Of a stretch of DNA of 64,000 nt, positions 1-13,657 are shown piece by piece. Within the stretch, counting starts at the first letter, position 1, and every line of letters begins with the position of its first letter. The stretch lies in NCBI RefSeq assembly GCF_009914755.1, contig NC_060931.1; one strand, written 5' to 3'. The stretch comes from the human T2T-CHM13v2.0 reference genome, Homo sapiens. A program made the translations under genes and the position numbers. Under the pieces are notes generated by a model. That model ran no database searches. It was given only the letters and a program-made list of their open reading frames with translations, and was not told where the DNA came from.

Positions 1-384
1 TCATTAGGTAGTGTTGACAATAAGGTCCAGATACTAAGTCTGATGGAGAGATACAGCAGAGAAGTCAATCATTCAAATGTGGTATTTTAGAAAGCAAAAT
101 AAAAACATAGAAATGTTTTATAAGAATATAAAGTGTAGATCTAATATAAATATATAAAGATACAGACACAGTATTGGTCATAAAAATACCATAGAATAGA
201 TACTAATGAAATATGCCTTATTCCATACAGAAAAATGTTTTGACACAATAGTTCAAGCTTGAATGGTGTAGCCAATTGGATAATGTGCATAGCCACTGAG
301 AATAATAGAGTTTGGTTGCTTAGCCATTATGATAATATCTTATGTTTAAGTAGTGATTTTGTGGTTTTTCGGTTCTTTCATTTA

Positions 385-545
385 TTTTCTCAATAACATT
401 ATAAAATAGTTTTTATTTTCCTTTTGTAAATAGGAAAACAGACTCAGGGAGGTTACGTGTATTCTGTGAGGTTACTCACCAAGTAAATGTCAAGGACGTG
501 CATGAACCCCAGGTTTGTCTATATACGAAACCTTTGCTGTTTCCT
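385..545 (-). mobile_element. MIR SINE relic
   Basis: Degenerate reverse MIR core (aaataggaaaacagactcagggaggttacgtg...gaaccccaggtttgtct). Confidence 0.55.
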
Positions 546-1029
546 CTAAGTGATGCTACCTCAATCTTACAGTAAAATATTAACAGTCACTATTTATGTT
601 TTGGTGATTAAATTATTGGCAGGGATTTGGATTCCTGGGAGGTGTATTTTCAGCCTTGTTATCTTTCTTTTCTCAGCCACAGTCATGTTTAGTTTTGTTT
701 GCTCTTGTAATACTCCATATGTGGCAGTGGTGAATTTTAGTCATGGCTTTACTGCATGCCAGAGTGGAAGGTGGACTAGGAAGTTCATTCAAGGTTTCAG
801 TTCCTGGGTTTAGATAGAGAGGGAAAAATGATCCATGTGACATAGAACTTCAAATCTGTGCTACCATAGCTTATAGTGACTCAGAATCCTAGCCCACTCC
901 CAACCCTTATTCTATGGCTTGGAGGCATTCTATCAGCATTGCTTTTCAATAGTCACTGGGAAAGAATACAACTGGTTCTGCAAGTGGAAGGCTGAGGGTT
1001 GAAAGATGAAGACCCTTTATGTGAGAGGC

Positions 1030-1262
1030 AGCCTAATGCAGCAGTAGGAACTAACTTTGACTCTGGGTTTTACTTCTGGCTCTGCTGCTTTCTAGCTCTG
1101 TGACCTTGAAGTTACTTAATGCCTTAGTTTCTCCATCTATAAAATGGGGACGATAATAATAATACCTTCTCAGGCCATTGTCATGAATAGCTGAGCTATT
1201 ATCTGTAGAGTGCTTACAATGGTGCCTGACACAGCAAGTGCTTCGTAAGTGTTGGTTATCAT
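1030..1262 (+). mobile_element. MIR SINE
   Basis: ctgtgaccttgaagttacttaa...tttctccatctataaaatgggga...gtgcctgacacagcaagtgct matches the MIR core and 3' end. Confidence 0.85.
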
Positions 1263-1302
1263 TTGACATGGAAGAATTTTTTCTGCACTTAACAACAACG
1301 TC

Positions 1303-1581
1303 TGACTCACACTTGTAATACCAGAACTTTGGGGAGCCAAGGTGGGTGGATCACTTGAGGCCAGGAGTTGAAGAACAGCCTGGCAAACATGGTGAAACAC
1401 TGTCTATTCTAAAAATACAAAAATTAGCCGGATGTGTTGATGCTCACCTGTAATCCCAGCTACTTAGGAGGCTGAGGCGGGAGAATCTCAGAGGTTGCAG
1501 TGAGCTGAGATTGCGCCACGGCACTCCAGCCTGGGTGACAGAGCAAGCCTCCATCTCAGAAAAGAAAAATAAAAAATAAAG
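1303..1581 (+). mobile_element. Alu (AluS-like, small right-arm deletion)
   Basis: Dimeric Alu with A tail; degenerate TSD aacaacaacgtc / aaccacaatgtc. Confidence 0.93.
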
Positions 1582-2184
1582 AAACCACAATGTCATAGCA
1601 TATCTTTATGATGCCTGAAGACACAATGCTCAAAGGTATAATGAGAGCACACTTATGTTAAATATACTAGATTATTGCCCAGTGGAATAGGATTGTCATG
1701 TGTAAATCAGAGCTAAGTGTATGCATACAATCAGTGAGTATACCTAAGGCATATAATTTGCAGGGGCTGAAATAGTGCAGAGGAAGAGTTAGATGAATAG
1801 TATACATAATAAGTAGGTTATTAAAAGAAAACCTTTCCAGTTCAATACATCAATCAGCAGGTATTCATTTGTTTTAAGATTTAAATGAAATAATCTATGT
1901 GAAGGGGCTGGATCTGTATATAATATAGTTTAGCTCTTTTAAGTGAATTGCTTAATCTCGCATTTGGAGAGTAGGCTCACATAGTTTGTCTTAAAAGTTT
2001 ATATAGTCACACTGAGCTAAATTATATTTTTTAATTTGTCTTTTAAAAATAAAAAATTAAAAAATTGTTATAAAAGGAATATATAGAAATTTGAAAAATA
2101 GAAAAGATTAAAAAGAACTTATCAAAAGCTTTACCTTCTATAGGCAATTACTGTTAATATTTTGATGCCTTTTCTACTTCCATC

Positions 2185-3765
2185 AAGAGGCTGAGGAGTC
2201 TCAAATCTGTGTCTCAGGCTAATACATCGATACAGAGTTTCTGTGTCATATTTCTTGCATCCTGGACTTTTCCATCTGCATGTCTCACAAACACCTCAAC
2301 CCCTGCTTGCCCAGGACTGAAATCCATGCCATTTCTCCCAAATTGTTCTTCCTTCTTCCACGCCTAATGCTATTTTTCTGCTGTTTCCAAGATAGAAACT
2401 TTAGCATCATCCTAGATTTCTTTTTCACTCTTAAGCTACCCCATCACACATTCAATTGTTATAATATATTAGGTCTTGCCAATATCTCTGTAATCTATCT
2501 CATAGCTAGTCTGTCATTTCTGCTTCCAATATTTCTTGGTGGGGTTTTCCAGTAATCTTTTACCTAATTTCCCTTCCAATTAATGTACATTGTAACTACT
2601 TTAACTGTCTCCATGGGGTTAAGGTTCGCATTTTTTTTTTATGTTTGTAACTGTAATGCATCCCAGTGCCTGACCCATAGTATTATAGATACTAAATGTG
2701 CACACACATGCACACACACACACACACTTTGTTTTTAGTTAATAAAATAATGAAATTCCACTCACCATCACCAGCATTACTCTTCAAAATGTGAAACTGA
2801 TTACATTGCTTCTTGGTTAAAATATTTTGCTGTCTTCCCGTTTGCATTACCAAAGATTTTCCAGAAAAACAGTGACGTGTAATTAGCCACCTGTGTTAGG
2901 CTGTTCTTGTGTTGCTATAAAGGAATACCTGAAGCTTGGTAACTTATAAAGAAAAGACGTTTAATTGGCTCACAGCTCTGCAGGCTTTGTAGGAAGCCTA
3001 TAGGCTGTGCTGGGACCTGCTTGGCTTCTGGGGAGGCCTCAGGAAACTAATCATGGCAGAAGGCGAAGGAGGAGCTGATGTATCACAAGGTGAGACTGGG
3101 ATCAAGAGGGGAGAGGGAGGGTGGCACACTTTTAAGCCATCATATCTCACAAGAAGTCACTCACTATTACAAGGCCAACACCAATCCTTGAGGGATTCAT
3201 TCCCATGACCCAGACATCTCCCACCAGGCCCCACCTGCAACATTAGGGATTACATTTCAACATGAGATTTGAGTGGGGAGACATATCTAAACCATATCAC
3301 CATCATGCAATTGCTCAGAGGATAATTTCAAACTCTTGGCATGGAATCTAAGGCCCTTCATGATTTGGTCTCTGTCAACTGAAGCCCCTGCCATTCTAAA
3401 CTACTCACAGTTCCACTCGTGAGCCATGCGTCAGTACCCCTCTTAGTCGTAACACCTGATGTTTTCTCCACACCAAAAACTCCTGTCACCGTGACATATC
3501 TCTTAATCCTTTAAAACTTATTTCTTAATGCCAATGATTTAAAATTCTGCCTCCACGTGGAAGATTTTAGCCTCTACTTGTTTGTTTCTTTACTTTTCCA
3601 TGTTCACATACCTAATAGAGAATTCGCAACACTATTGCAATGATGGCTCCATGGCTTTCTCTGGGACTTTCTTGAGAGCAGGTCTGTATCTTAGTCATCT
3701 TTTTATTTGCATCTCTAGTAAGAAGATAAGTCTTTAACAGGTACCTAGTTAATATTGTTGAATTT
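2185..3765 (+). mobile_element. L2 LINE 3' relic, interrupted by a (CA)n repeat and an MST LTR
   Basis: L2-like tracts (tccatctgcatgtctcacaaacacctcaac; ggaatctaaggcccttcatgatttggtc; end ...aatattgttgaat). Confidence 0.6.
2892..3299 (-). mobile_element. MaLR solo LTR (MSTA/MSTB-like)
   Basis: tgtgttaggc...ccatatca termini (reverse of the TGATATGG..TAATACA consensus); 5-bp TSD ccacc/ccatc. Confidence 0.9.
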
Positions 3766-5059
3766 ATTTGGGGGAAAATAAATGGATTGGTGATTTGTAA
3801 AGGTAGCACAAAAAAATTTTCTTAATTTTATTATTCTGCTTTTCTAAATTTTTTTTTTTTTTTTGTGGTGGGGAGGGGTGGGGGAGTGGAACCCAGAACA
3901 AAATTTGAGTTTTTGACACTACAAAGAACCAACCATCTATCCCAAACTTCACAGAGTTTGAATTCCCGGTTTTGGAGTCTATCCTTTCAATCTCCAGAAA
4001 CCTCTATTATTTCACAGAAATCATCTCTAAGGGTTAACATATTAGCATTGGTTAATCTATCACAAGAACAAAATCTCAAGGCAGTGAGGAGAACCTTAGG
4101 AAAAAAGAGAGTCATGAATAATAATAAAACTGTCAATTTCCCAAGTTGTTTTGGCCCGTGCACTAGCAACGTGATTTTTAAAAGTTTTCCATACACACAT
4201 AAAGTAAAGAAAGTATTACTGTATGAAAGAACCATAGACTCAACTACCCAAGACAGTGATAAACAACATCTGAATGAGGTGAGGAATGCACAAGAGAAAT
4301 TCTCCAAATATGGAAAGTACACAAATATACTAGTCAGCATTTATTTATCAAAACACGTATACTGGAAATTGAAGACATCAAGTCAAATATATTTAAAATA
4401 TAGTGCAAATGGACTTAGTACATTGAACAAATTAATCCTTTCACATTTTATTCTTAAAATTTTGTGTGCTTTTTCAATTCTTTTTGTTTTGTACTTCAGC
4501 TAATGTTTAATTGGTGCTAGCTTTCTGGTCTCTCTAAAAAAGTATAACTATAAAAATAATGTTTAAAGTTCCATCTCATTCAGACATTAAAAACGTATGT
4601 AAGTTATTCAGAGTTTATCCTTGGGTGGATGGTGAAAATATTTCTATGGATATTATGGCTTTCTAAATGAAGATTCTCTACATCCCTCATATCATAAAAC
4701 AGGCTGCAAAGCCATGATAAGAAATAGGTTTCTTTTGGCAACTGAAGCCAGGAGCTGGAAAATAATTCTTGCATTATATTCTGGGCTGCTATGTCACACA
4801 TTCAGACATCTCTCAGATGTCTACAATGCAAATTAATTAATTTTAAAAGGAGGAGATGACCCTGTTTCTTTTGCAAAGGATAAGCTTTAGGATGCATGAG
4901 AAAATTGAACAGAATTTTTCTCTTTGAAATCACTGACTCCTTTGAAGGTGATCTTTGGTGAATCATCTTAAGTCATATACTTTCATCCTAAGTCATGTAC
5001 TTTCCTAAGAGAGTTTTTTGTTGTTATTGCTGAAGTATTCTCATTCCTCACACTTGGGA

Positions 5060-5290
5060 GGCAGCATAGGTTTGAAGGGGTAGCCAGTGTGATCCTAGAT
5101 AGAGGACCTGGAGTAAGACTACTGGGTTCAGATTCATGGCAAGTTATCTAACCTCTCTGAGATTTTGTTTCCACAACTTTAAAATCCCAGTGTTTAATAT
5201 TACCTGCCCAAATGCATTGTTGTGAAATTTGAATGGCATAATCCATGTAACCTGGCACTGAGAAGGCATTGAACAAATGCTGTCTATAAC
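5060..5290 (+). mobile_element. MIR SINE
   Basis: ggagtaagactactgggttc...ggcaagttatctaacctctctgag...cctggcactgagaaggcattgaacaaatg. Confidence 0.7.
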
Positions 5291-6098
5291 AATAGATGAA
5301 TTTATTTCCTTCTTGGTTTTTCGATTTCTTTTGTTGTTATTAACAAGAATTTTGAGAAAAAAACACCAGAGCCTGATTTTTAAAAGTTGGTAATTTTGGC
5401 AGTACTTATGTGTTATGACTTTTATTACAAATATTAAAATCTTGATAAAGTTTGTTGTATTAGTAACTTTTAGTTTACTTGTATTTTGGCATTTTCCCAC
5501 TATCTTCCTCTTCTCTCCCTCCTTCATCTTCTATTCATTTTCTTTTTTTGGGAACTATTAATATAAGGAGAAGTTTGAGGATGGGGGTGACTCTCTTCAG
5601 TAACTCTCCAATTTCCAATGTCTGTCTTTTCTATTGGTTATATTTTGTGCCAGGTTCACACATGTACAGTAAATTGACAATAAGGCTGTGCCATCTGATG
5701 TTGTGCTTTAGATAGTGTGTTGATCAGTAGATGGTCTGGCAGCCATAGCTATGTAAACACATGCTCGTCAACAACCAGGGCTGCATGAGAGGAAACAGTC
5801 GCTGGCTTGTGCAGTGGCATCCACGAGCAGCCCTCTTGTGCCATGCAAGGTGGCAGTGTGAAGCCCAACCTAATTGCTTCTCTTTTTTTCTCCCCCTGGA
5901 AATGTCACATCCCATAGCCTTTGTCCTGGTGTGATTACTACTTTGATCAGTCATTTTTTACATAGTGTGTTACTCTCTCAGAACCAGCTAATTCAGGGAT
6001 ATTTGTAATGCATTAATTAATTAACTAATTATCCTAAAGTATTAAAGTAACAATTTTCAGCAAATTATGGATTTGTGAACAAATAAACCTGAGAGGAT

Positions 6099-8483
6099 TG
6101 TATTAGTTCATTCTTATAATGCTATAAAGAATTACCTGACACTGGTAATTTATAAAGAAAAGAGGTTTAATGGGCTTATGGTTCCACAGGCTGTAAAAGA
6201 AGCATGGATGGGGAGGCCTCAGGAAACTTACATTATGGTAGAGGGCAAAAGCGAAGCAAGCACATCTTCACATGGTGGCAGGAAAAAGAGAGAGAGCAAA
6301 GGCGGAAGGGCTGTGCATATTCAAACAATCAGATCTCATGAGAACTCACTATCACGAGAATAGCAAGGGAGACATTTGCCCCTATTATCCAATCACCTCC
6401 CACCAGGTCCCTTTCCCAACATTGGGAATTACAATTCAGCATGAGATTTTGATGCGGATGCAGAGCCGAACCAAATCATTCTGCCCCTGGCACCTCCAAA
6501 ACCTCATGTCCTTCTCATATTTTGAAACACAATCATGCCTACCTAACAGTACCCCGAAGTCTTACCATATTCCAGCATTAACTCAAAGGCCCAAGTCCAA
6601 AGTCTCATCAGAGACAAGGCAAGTCCTTTCCACCTATGAACCTGTAAAATCAAGAAAAATTTAGTTACTTCAAAGATACAATGTGAGCACAGGCATTGGG
6701 TAAATGCTCCTGTTCCAAAAGGGAGAAACTGGCCAAATCATAGGGACTACAGGCCCCATGCAAGTCCGAAACTCATGGGGGCAGTCATTAAATATCAAAG
6801 CTCCAAAATAATCTCCTTCGACTCTATGTCTCACATCCAGGTCACACTGATGCAATGGGTGGGCTTCCAAGGTCTTGGGCAGCTATGCCCCTGTGGCTGT
6901 GTAGGGTATAGCTCCCATGGCTGCTTTCATGGGCTGGCGTTGAGTGCCTGTGGCTTTTTCAGGCACATGGTGCAAGCCGTCAGTGTATCTAACATCTTGG
7001 CATCTGGAGGATGGTGGCCCTCTTCTCACAACTCCACTAGGCAGTGCCCCAGTGGGGATTCTGTATGGGGGCTTCAAGCCCACATTTCCCCTATGCACTG
7101 CCCTAGAAGAGGTTCTCCATGAGGGCTCTGCCCCTGCAGCAGGCTTCTGCCTGGACATCCAAGCATTTCCATATGTCTTTGAAATCTAGACAGAGAAACC
7201 CAAGCTTAAACTCTTGTCTTCTGCATGCATACCCACAGACCCAACACCACATGGAAGCTGCCAAGGCTTGGGGCTTGCACTGTCTGAAGCAATGGCCTGA
7301 GCTTTACTTTGGCCCCTTTTAGCCATGGTTGAAGCTGGAGCAAATGCAGTGCAGGGCACCATGTTCCAAGGCTGCACAGAACAGTAGGGCCCTGGGCCTG
7401 ACATACAAAACCATTCCATCTTCCTAGGCCTCTAGGTCTGTGATGGAAGGAGCTGCCATGAAATTATCTGAAATGTCTTCAAGGCATCTTTCTCTATTGT
7501 CTTGGCTATTAACATTCAGTTCCTCTTGACTTATGCAAACTTCTGCAGCCATGTTGCATTTCTTCTCAGAATTTTTTTTTCTACCACATGGGTGGGCTGC
7601 AAAGTTTTCAAACTTTTATATGCTTTTTCTCTTTTAAATAAAAGTTCCAATATCAGACTATCTCTTTATCAAACTCATATGAAGTTAGGCTGTTAGAAGT
7701 GGCCAGGCTACCATTTTGAATACTTTGCTGCTTAGAAATTTCATCTGCCAGATACCTTAAATCATCACTTTCAAGTTCAAAGTTTCACCTATCTCTAGGG
7801 CAGAAGCAAAATGCCACCAGTCTCTTTGCTAAAGCATAGCAAGAGTGACCTTTACTCCAGTTCCCAATAAGTTCCTCATCTCCATCTGAGACCTCCTCAT
7901 CCTGGACTTCATTATCCATATCGCTATCAGCATTGTGGTTAAAACCATTCAACAAGTCTCTGGGAAGTTCCAAACTTTCCCTCATCTTCCTATCCTCTTC
8001 TGATCCCTGCAAACTGTTTCAAACTTTGCCCATTACCCAGTTCCAAAGTTACTTCCACATTTCCAGGTATCTTTAAAGCAATACCCCACTCCTGGTACCA
8101 ATTTTCTGCACTAATCTGTTCTCACACTGCTATAGAGAACTACCTGAGACTGGGTTATTTATTTTTAAAAAAGACATTTAATTGAGTCAGTTCTGCAGGC
8201 TGTACAGGAAGCATTGCTGGGGAGGTCTCAGGAAACTTACAATCATGGCAAAAGGGCAAAGAAGAAGCAAGCATGTCTTCACATGGTGGCAGGAGATAGA
8301 GAGCGAAGCAGGTAGTGGTATACTTTCAAAGAACCAGGTCTCCTGAGAACTCACTATCATGAGAACAGCAAGGGAGAAATCTGCTCCCATGATCCAATCA
8401 CCTCCTTTCAGGTCTCTTTCCCAACATTGGAGATTACAATTCAACATGAGATTTGGATGGGGACACAGAGCCAAACCATACGA
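6099..8483 (-). mobile_element. Full-length MaLR provirus (THE1D/MSTA-type): LTR 6099-6478, internal 6479-8106, LTR 8107-8483
   Basis: Two ~380-bp homologous LTRs around a ~1.6-kb MaLR internal region; exact 5-bp TSD aggat (6094-6098, 8484-8488). Confidence 0.93.
8390..8400. promoter_or_regulatory. DUX4-type motif TGATCCAATCA in a MaLR LTR (second copy at 19090-19100)
   Basis: Fits T(A/G)AYYYAATCA; DUX4 is known to bind THE1/MST LTRs; activity at this site not shown. Confidence 0.4.
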
Positions 8484-9854
8484 AGGATTATTCAAAATTA
8501 TTCACCTTCCAAAATGTATAATATGGCATACTTAAATTATAATTCTGGTTTGGGTAACAACATACAACAATGATGATAAAGAAGTTAATTTATAAAGAAG
8601 AAATGATCTAGGTCAGAACAGCTCATCTTTTATTCACAGATATGTTTGTAGAGGCAATAAGAATTTGAAGTCCCATTAAAATATTGGTAAAAAAAAGTTT
8701 GCTTCTTTGTTTATGTATAAACTGGTAATATGAGGTTTGCCTCACATACTGGATTTAGGAGTCTCAGAAATCTCTAAGATCAGACATATAAATTTCATTT
8801 GTAAGGTGTAGTGTGTTAAATTTTATTTCTAGTAACTAATATCTATTTACTTTCTATAGGTATGTTTAATTTAGTTGTAATCAAAGAGCCAAACAATTTT
8901 TGAATTATCAAATATTTATTTATTTATTTATTTGCAATTTGCAGATTACCTTGACTAATTATTTTTCTGTGAACTTCATTGTGTCTAAGCTTATTCCTTC
9001 AGCCATTATTTGGTAAGAACTTCCACTGAGTTAAATTGAGGAACAAAAGCGGACACCAGTTTGTTTTTTCCTGACTACTGTATGACCTATTTTCTTTTGG
9101 AAAATGAAAAGCTTGTTTTATATATTTATATATTCATCTAGTCCTCCTGTAACCCATTTTTCAAAGCAACTCTGTGATTCTATATAGAGTTCCCCTCTTA
9201 GCATCCTCCTCTTACGACATAGGAGAAGGCATGCAACCAAGCAAAATAATCAAATGACTTTAGTGACTTTTTAAAGTTAGAGTTATGGGAGAAAGTCTCC
9301 TTTTATCTTGGGTCATGAACCTAAGAGGGGAGAACCTGGAACGTGCTAAGGCAATTATTCTAGCTGTATGAAGAAGGTTTCCAGGTTTCCTTGAGAACGT
9401 AAAAATGTAAGATGTTAATGTGACTTTGATGTTTCAGATAGGCAATGCAATGTTTTTCTTGTGGTTGTTGGTGCCATTTTAATCACCACCCATGGAAAGG
9501 AAAAACTGTGATGTCCTCTGAATTCTGCTGCTAAGAATATCAACAAAGACAGCCATTCTCAAATTTTAAAGTGCCTTGTTCATTTATGAAATTGGAGAAA
9601 TAGGAGAATTCAATATAGATTTATACTTCTGATGATTACCTATGTACTTGTGATAGTGTGTATATACAGATAATGCTTATATAATACCGAGTGTATAATA
9701 CTTAAGCATATAATATGTAGTCTATATCGACCATATGTTTCATATAAATCTAATATTTAAAATACTTACATGGTGCCTATGTGACAGTCACTGCTCTAAA
9801 CACTGTGCACACTTTGCAACATACACAATCACTCAAAGTGGGTCATACTACTAA

Positions 9855-10985
9855 GTAAAAACCTAATCTATAAAACTTCTAGACAAAAATAAATGGAAAT
9901 AACAACTCTGTAAATTTCAGTTAGGCAAATATTTCTCAGATAAAATGCCAAAGTACTCTGCCAGACAAAGTAGATTTTTAAAATTAAAAATTTCTGCTCT
10001 GTGAAAGACACTGTTGAGAGATTAAAAGCTAAAACCTTAGAAATTGGAAAAAAAATTGTAAATCGCACATCTGATAAAACATTTATGTACAAATAATAAA
10101 TATAAAAACTCGACACTCATAGGAAAACAAACAACAAAAAAGTTAAAAATTGGATAAAAGATTAGAACAAACACTTCAGCAAAGTAGACTTACAGATAGC
10201 AAAGAAGCATATGAAAATATTCTCAATGTTATTCCACATTAGGCAAATTCAAAGTACATAGATATGTTACTACCTATCCATTAGAATGGCTTTTAAATGA
10301 AGTAGCAACTCTAAGTAAGTACTGGTGAGGTTGCAGAATAACTAGGACTTTCATACATTGATGATAGAAATGCACAATGGCACAGCCACTTTGGGGAACA
10401 ATTTGGCAGTTTCTTATAAAGATAGAAGAAACATTTACTTTTCCTGTGATCTAGAAATCCAACTTGGCACGACTCAAGTGAAATCAAAACCTGTGTTCAC
10501 ACAAAAACCTTGTAGACATGTTTATAGTAGCTTTATTTGCAGTCACCAAGACTAAGAACAATGCTAATGTCCTTTCACTGATGAAGACAGAAACAAATTA
10601 TGGTGCACCCATACAATGGAATACTGCTCAGCAAAAAAAGGATGAAATACACACGCAACAAAATAGAAAACTCAAAATGCATTATACTATGTAAAAGAAG
10701 TCAGATTAAAAAGGCTGTGTATGGTTTGACTCCATTTATATGATATTCTTGTAGTAGACTTACCACTGGAACAGAGACCAGAGTTGTGAATGCCAAGGCT
10801 GGAAGTGGGTTGACTTTTAAAGGGAAATAAGCTACTTTGTGTTGGGGAAGAGATGAAATAACTGGTCTATACCTTGATCGTGACAGTGGGTATATGACTA
10901 TACTTTTGTTCATACTCACAGAACTGGACATGGAAAGGATATAAATGTTATTGTAAGAAAATTAAAAATTAATTTTTTTAAAAAA
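9855..10985 (+). mobile_element. Old L1M (L1MC/MD-like) ORF2 end and 3' UTR
   Basis: Degenerate L1 motifs (ttctgctctgtgaaagacact, catacaatggaatactgctcagc, tttgactccatttatatga). Confidence 0.8.
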
Positions 10986-13657
10986 GGTTAGGATGTGGGC
11001 CTCACCAAAGATTCATAGTCATAAAACGAAAATCTCATGTTGTTAAGCATCTTGACCCTTAAGGAATGAGAGGTGGGTAGCTTTTGGGAGTGCTGCTAAT
11101 ATTATTTCTGTTTGCCATAGTACTGTTGGAGAGATCACTTAGTGCCTATTTAGTGACTACATACTTATGATCTATTAACTTTTGTGTATGCATGCTTTAT
11201 TTGATATTAACAGTGTATAAAAACAAAAAATTAAATCCTGAAAGCAATAAAAATTCTAAGCCTCAAATTATGAAGTATACATCCCAAATTTCTTAAAATA
11301 TAGACTACATTAACAGTCCAAGAGAAAACACATCTGTGATTAGATTTTGAGCAACACACAGAGTTCTGCCAAAATGGCAACAACAGAAGTATGAACTTAC
11401 TTTACTCACCTGAAATAAATGACAAAATAAAGGAATATGTTTGCATTTCTGAATTCCCAAGGACTTTACAATATGATGAGGGATAGAAAAAGGAGAAAAT
11501 GAGAAAACATGCCATAGTTATAAGGAAGTAATTTTTGTTGTGTGGATGTGTTAGAGGGGCTTAAGGGGTTTTTCTGAAGGGAGTATGTGGGCTCCTGGAG
11601 TATCTAAACAGTGCTACACAGTGGCAAAACTGTCATAGTGGGGAGTTCTGCTCTTCTGCTTATCTCCTGTGATAAGAAAAGCAGATATCTTGTTCATCAC
11701 GTACTATTGATTCCCTCAGCCTTCTGCTTCAGAAAGTGACTAGTGCTCCAAATAAGGCTGGAAGAGGTATAAATACCAGAAAGCACAGCCTCACCTCTCC
11801 TTCTTTTCTGTCTTCAGCTGCTAGTAAAGTTTGGGTAGGGTGCATGCATGGTTTTGGTGTATGCGTGATGGCAGGTGAAGGGAGGGGAATTCCTATTCTC
11901 ATTATCTTTCTTACCAAGGGGTTGTCTTTATTTCCCAAATCCTTTCTTTCCTCTAGGGCTTATGATTCTCCAAATAAAAGGCAAGAATATTTTGCACACT
12001 TTTGGTTTATCTTCCTGTCATATTACCTTCCTAAGGCATTATACTAAGTGCATAAATAAAGAAAATAGTAGGGAAGTTACAGGTTGAAGAAAATGAAGAT
12101 TAATATCTCAAAATATTATATACTCATAATTATAACCTACAAATAAATGTGCAGAAATGTAGCAAACCTACAAATAAATGTGCACATGGATGGCAAAATT
12201 AACTAATATATGAATAAGAAAGTAAATAAATATAATAATAATAAATAAAATATTAAATAATAATAAGTATAAAAGTATGCTTTTTCTAAGCTATGAAGGC
12301 ATGAGAAAAATGTCAAAACTTGTAAGTTAATTTAAAAATGTTGTGTTCTCACAGTGAGGAAGACTTGACCAAATGCTGTCAGATTAACGTGAAAGACTAA
12401 ATGTCCAAGAAAAATTAGAAAAGAGAAGTTTATATAGGAAGGAAGGGGGCTCACTCTCTATAATTTTTTAGAATTCTAATGATCACTGTAATAAAGTAGT
12501 AAAAATAGAGCTGAATATGTATCAGAACCTAATGACTGTTGAAAGTGACATGAATTAACTTAAAAATCCTACTAGGAAACTGGCAGGTGATGGAGAAAAA
12601 ATAATGCAGTGTATTAGTCTATTCTCACACTCCTATAAAGAAATACCTGAGGTTGCTTCCAAGATGGCCGAATTGATGCAGAAGACAGGTGATTTCTGCA
12701 TTTCCAACTGAGGTACCTGGTTCATCTCACTGGGACTTTTTGGACTGTGGGTGTAGCCCACAGAGAGTGAGCCGAGGCAGGGCGGGGCATCGCCTCATAA
12801 GGGAAGTGCAAGGGTTTGGGAGATTTCCCTTTCCTAGCCAAGGGAAGTCATGAGTGACTGTACCTGGAGGAGTGGTAAACTCCTGCCCAAATACTGTGCT
12901 TTTCCCACAGTCTTCGCAACTGGCAGACTAGGAGATCCCTTCCTGTGCCTGGCTTAGCAGGTCCCACGCCCACAGAGCCTTGCTTGCTGCCAGCCCATCA
13001 GTCTGAGATTGACCTGAGACGTGGGAGCTTGGCAGGGGGAGGGGCATCTGCCATTGCTGAGGCTTGAGTAGGCGGTTCTATGCTCACAGTGTAAACAAAA
13101 CAGCAGGGAAGCTCTAACAGGGCAGAGCCCAGCGCAGCTAAGCAAAGCCTACTGCCTCTCTAGATTCCACCTCTGGCGGCAGGGCATATCTGAACAAAAG
13201 GCAGCAGACAGCTTCTCGAGACTTAAAAGTCCCTGCCTGACAGCTCTGAAGAGAGCAGTGGTTCTCCCAGCATGGCGTTCGAGCTCCTATAATAGACAGA
13301 CTGCCTCCTCAAGTGGGTCCCTGACCCCCATGTAGAATGACTGGGAGACACCTCCCAGTAGGGTCTGACGTCTGTCCTCATACAGGCAGGTGCCCCTCTG
13401 GGACGAAGCTTCCAGAGGAAGGATCAGGCAGCAATATTTGCTGCTCTGCAGCCTCTGCTGGTGATACCCAGGCAAGCAGGGTCTGGAGTGGACCTCCAGC
13501 AAACTCCAACAGTCCTGCAGCTTGGGGGCCTGTCTGTTAGAAGGAAAACTAACAAAAAGAAAGGAATAGCATCAACACCAACAAAAATGACATCCACACC
13601 AAAACGCCATCCTTAGGTCACCAACATCAAAGACCAAAGGTAGATAAAACCACAAAG

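Noticed and set aside
6178-8495. Cluster of ORFs in both MaLR proviruses (also 19089-21330)
   Set aside because: Fragments of decayed MaLR internal and LTR sequence, not host genes
12998-13054. L1 antisense ORF0
   Set aside because: Starts MADAPPPAKL.. but hits TGA after 18 codons
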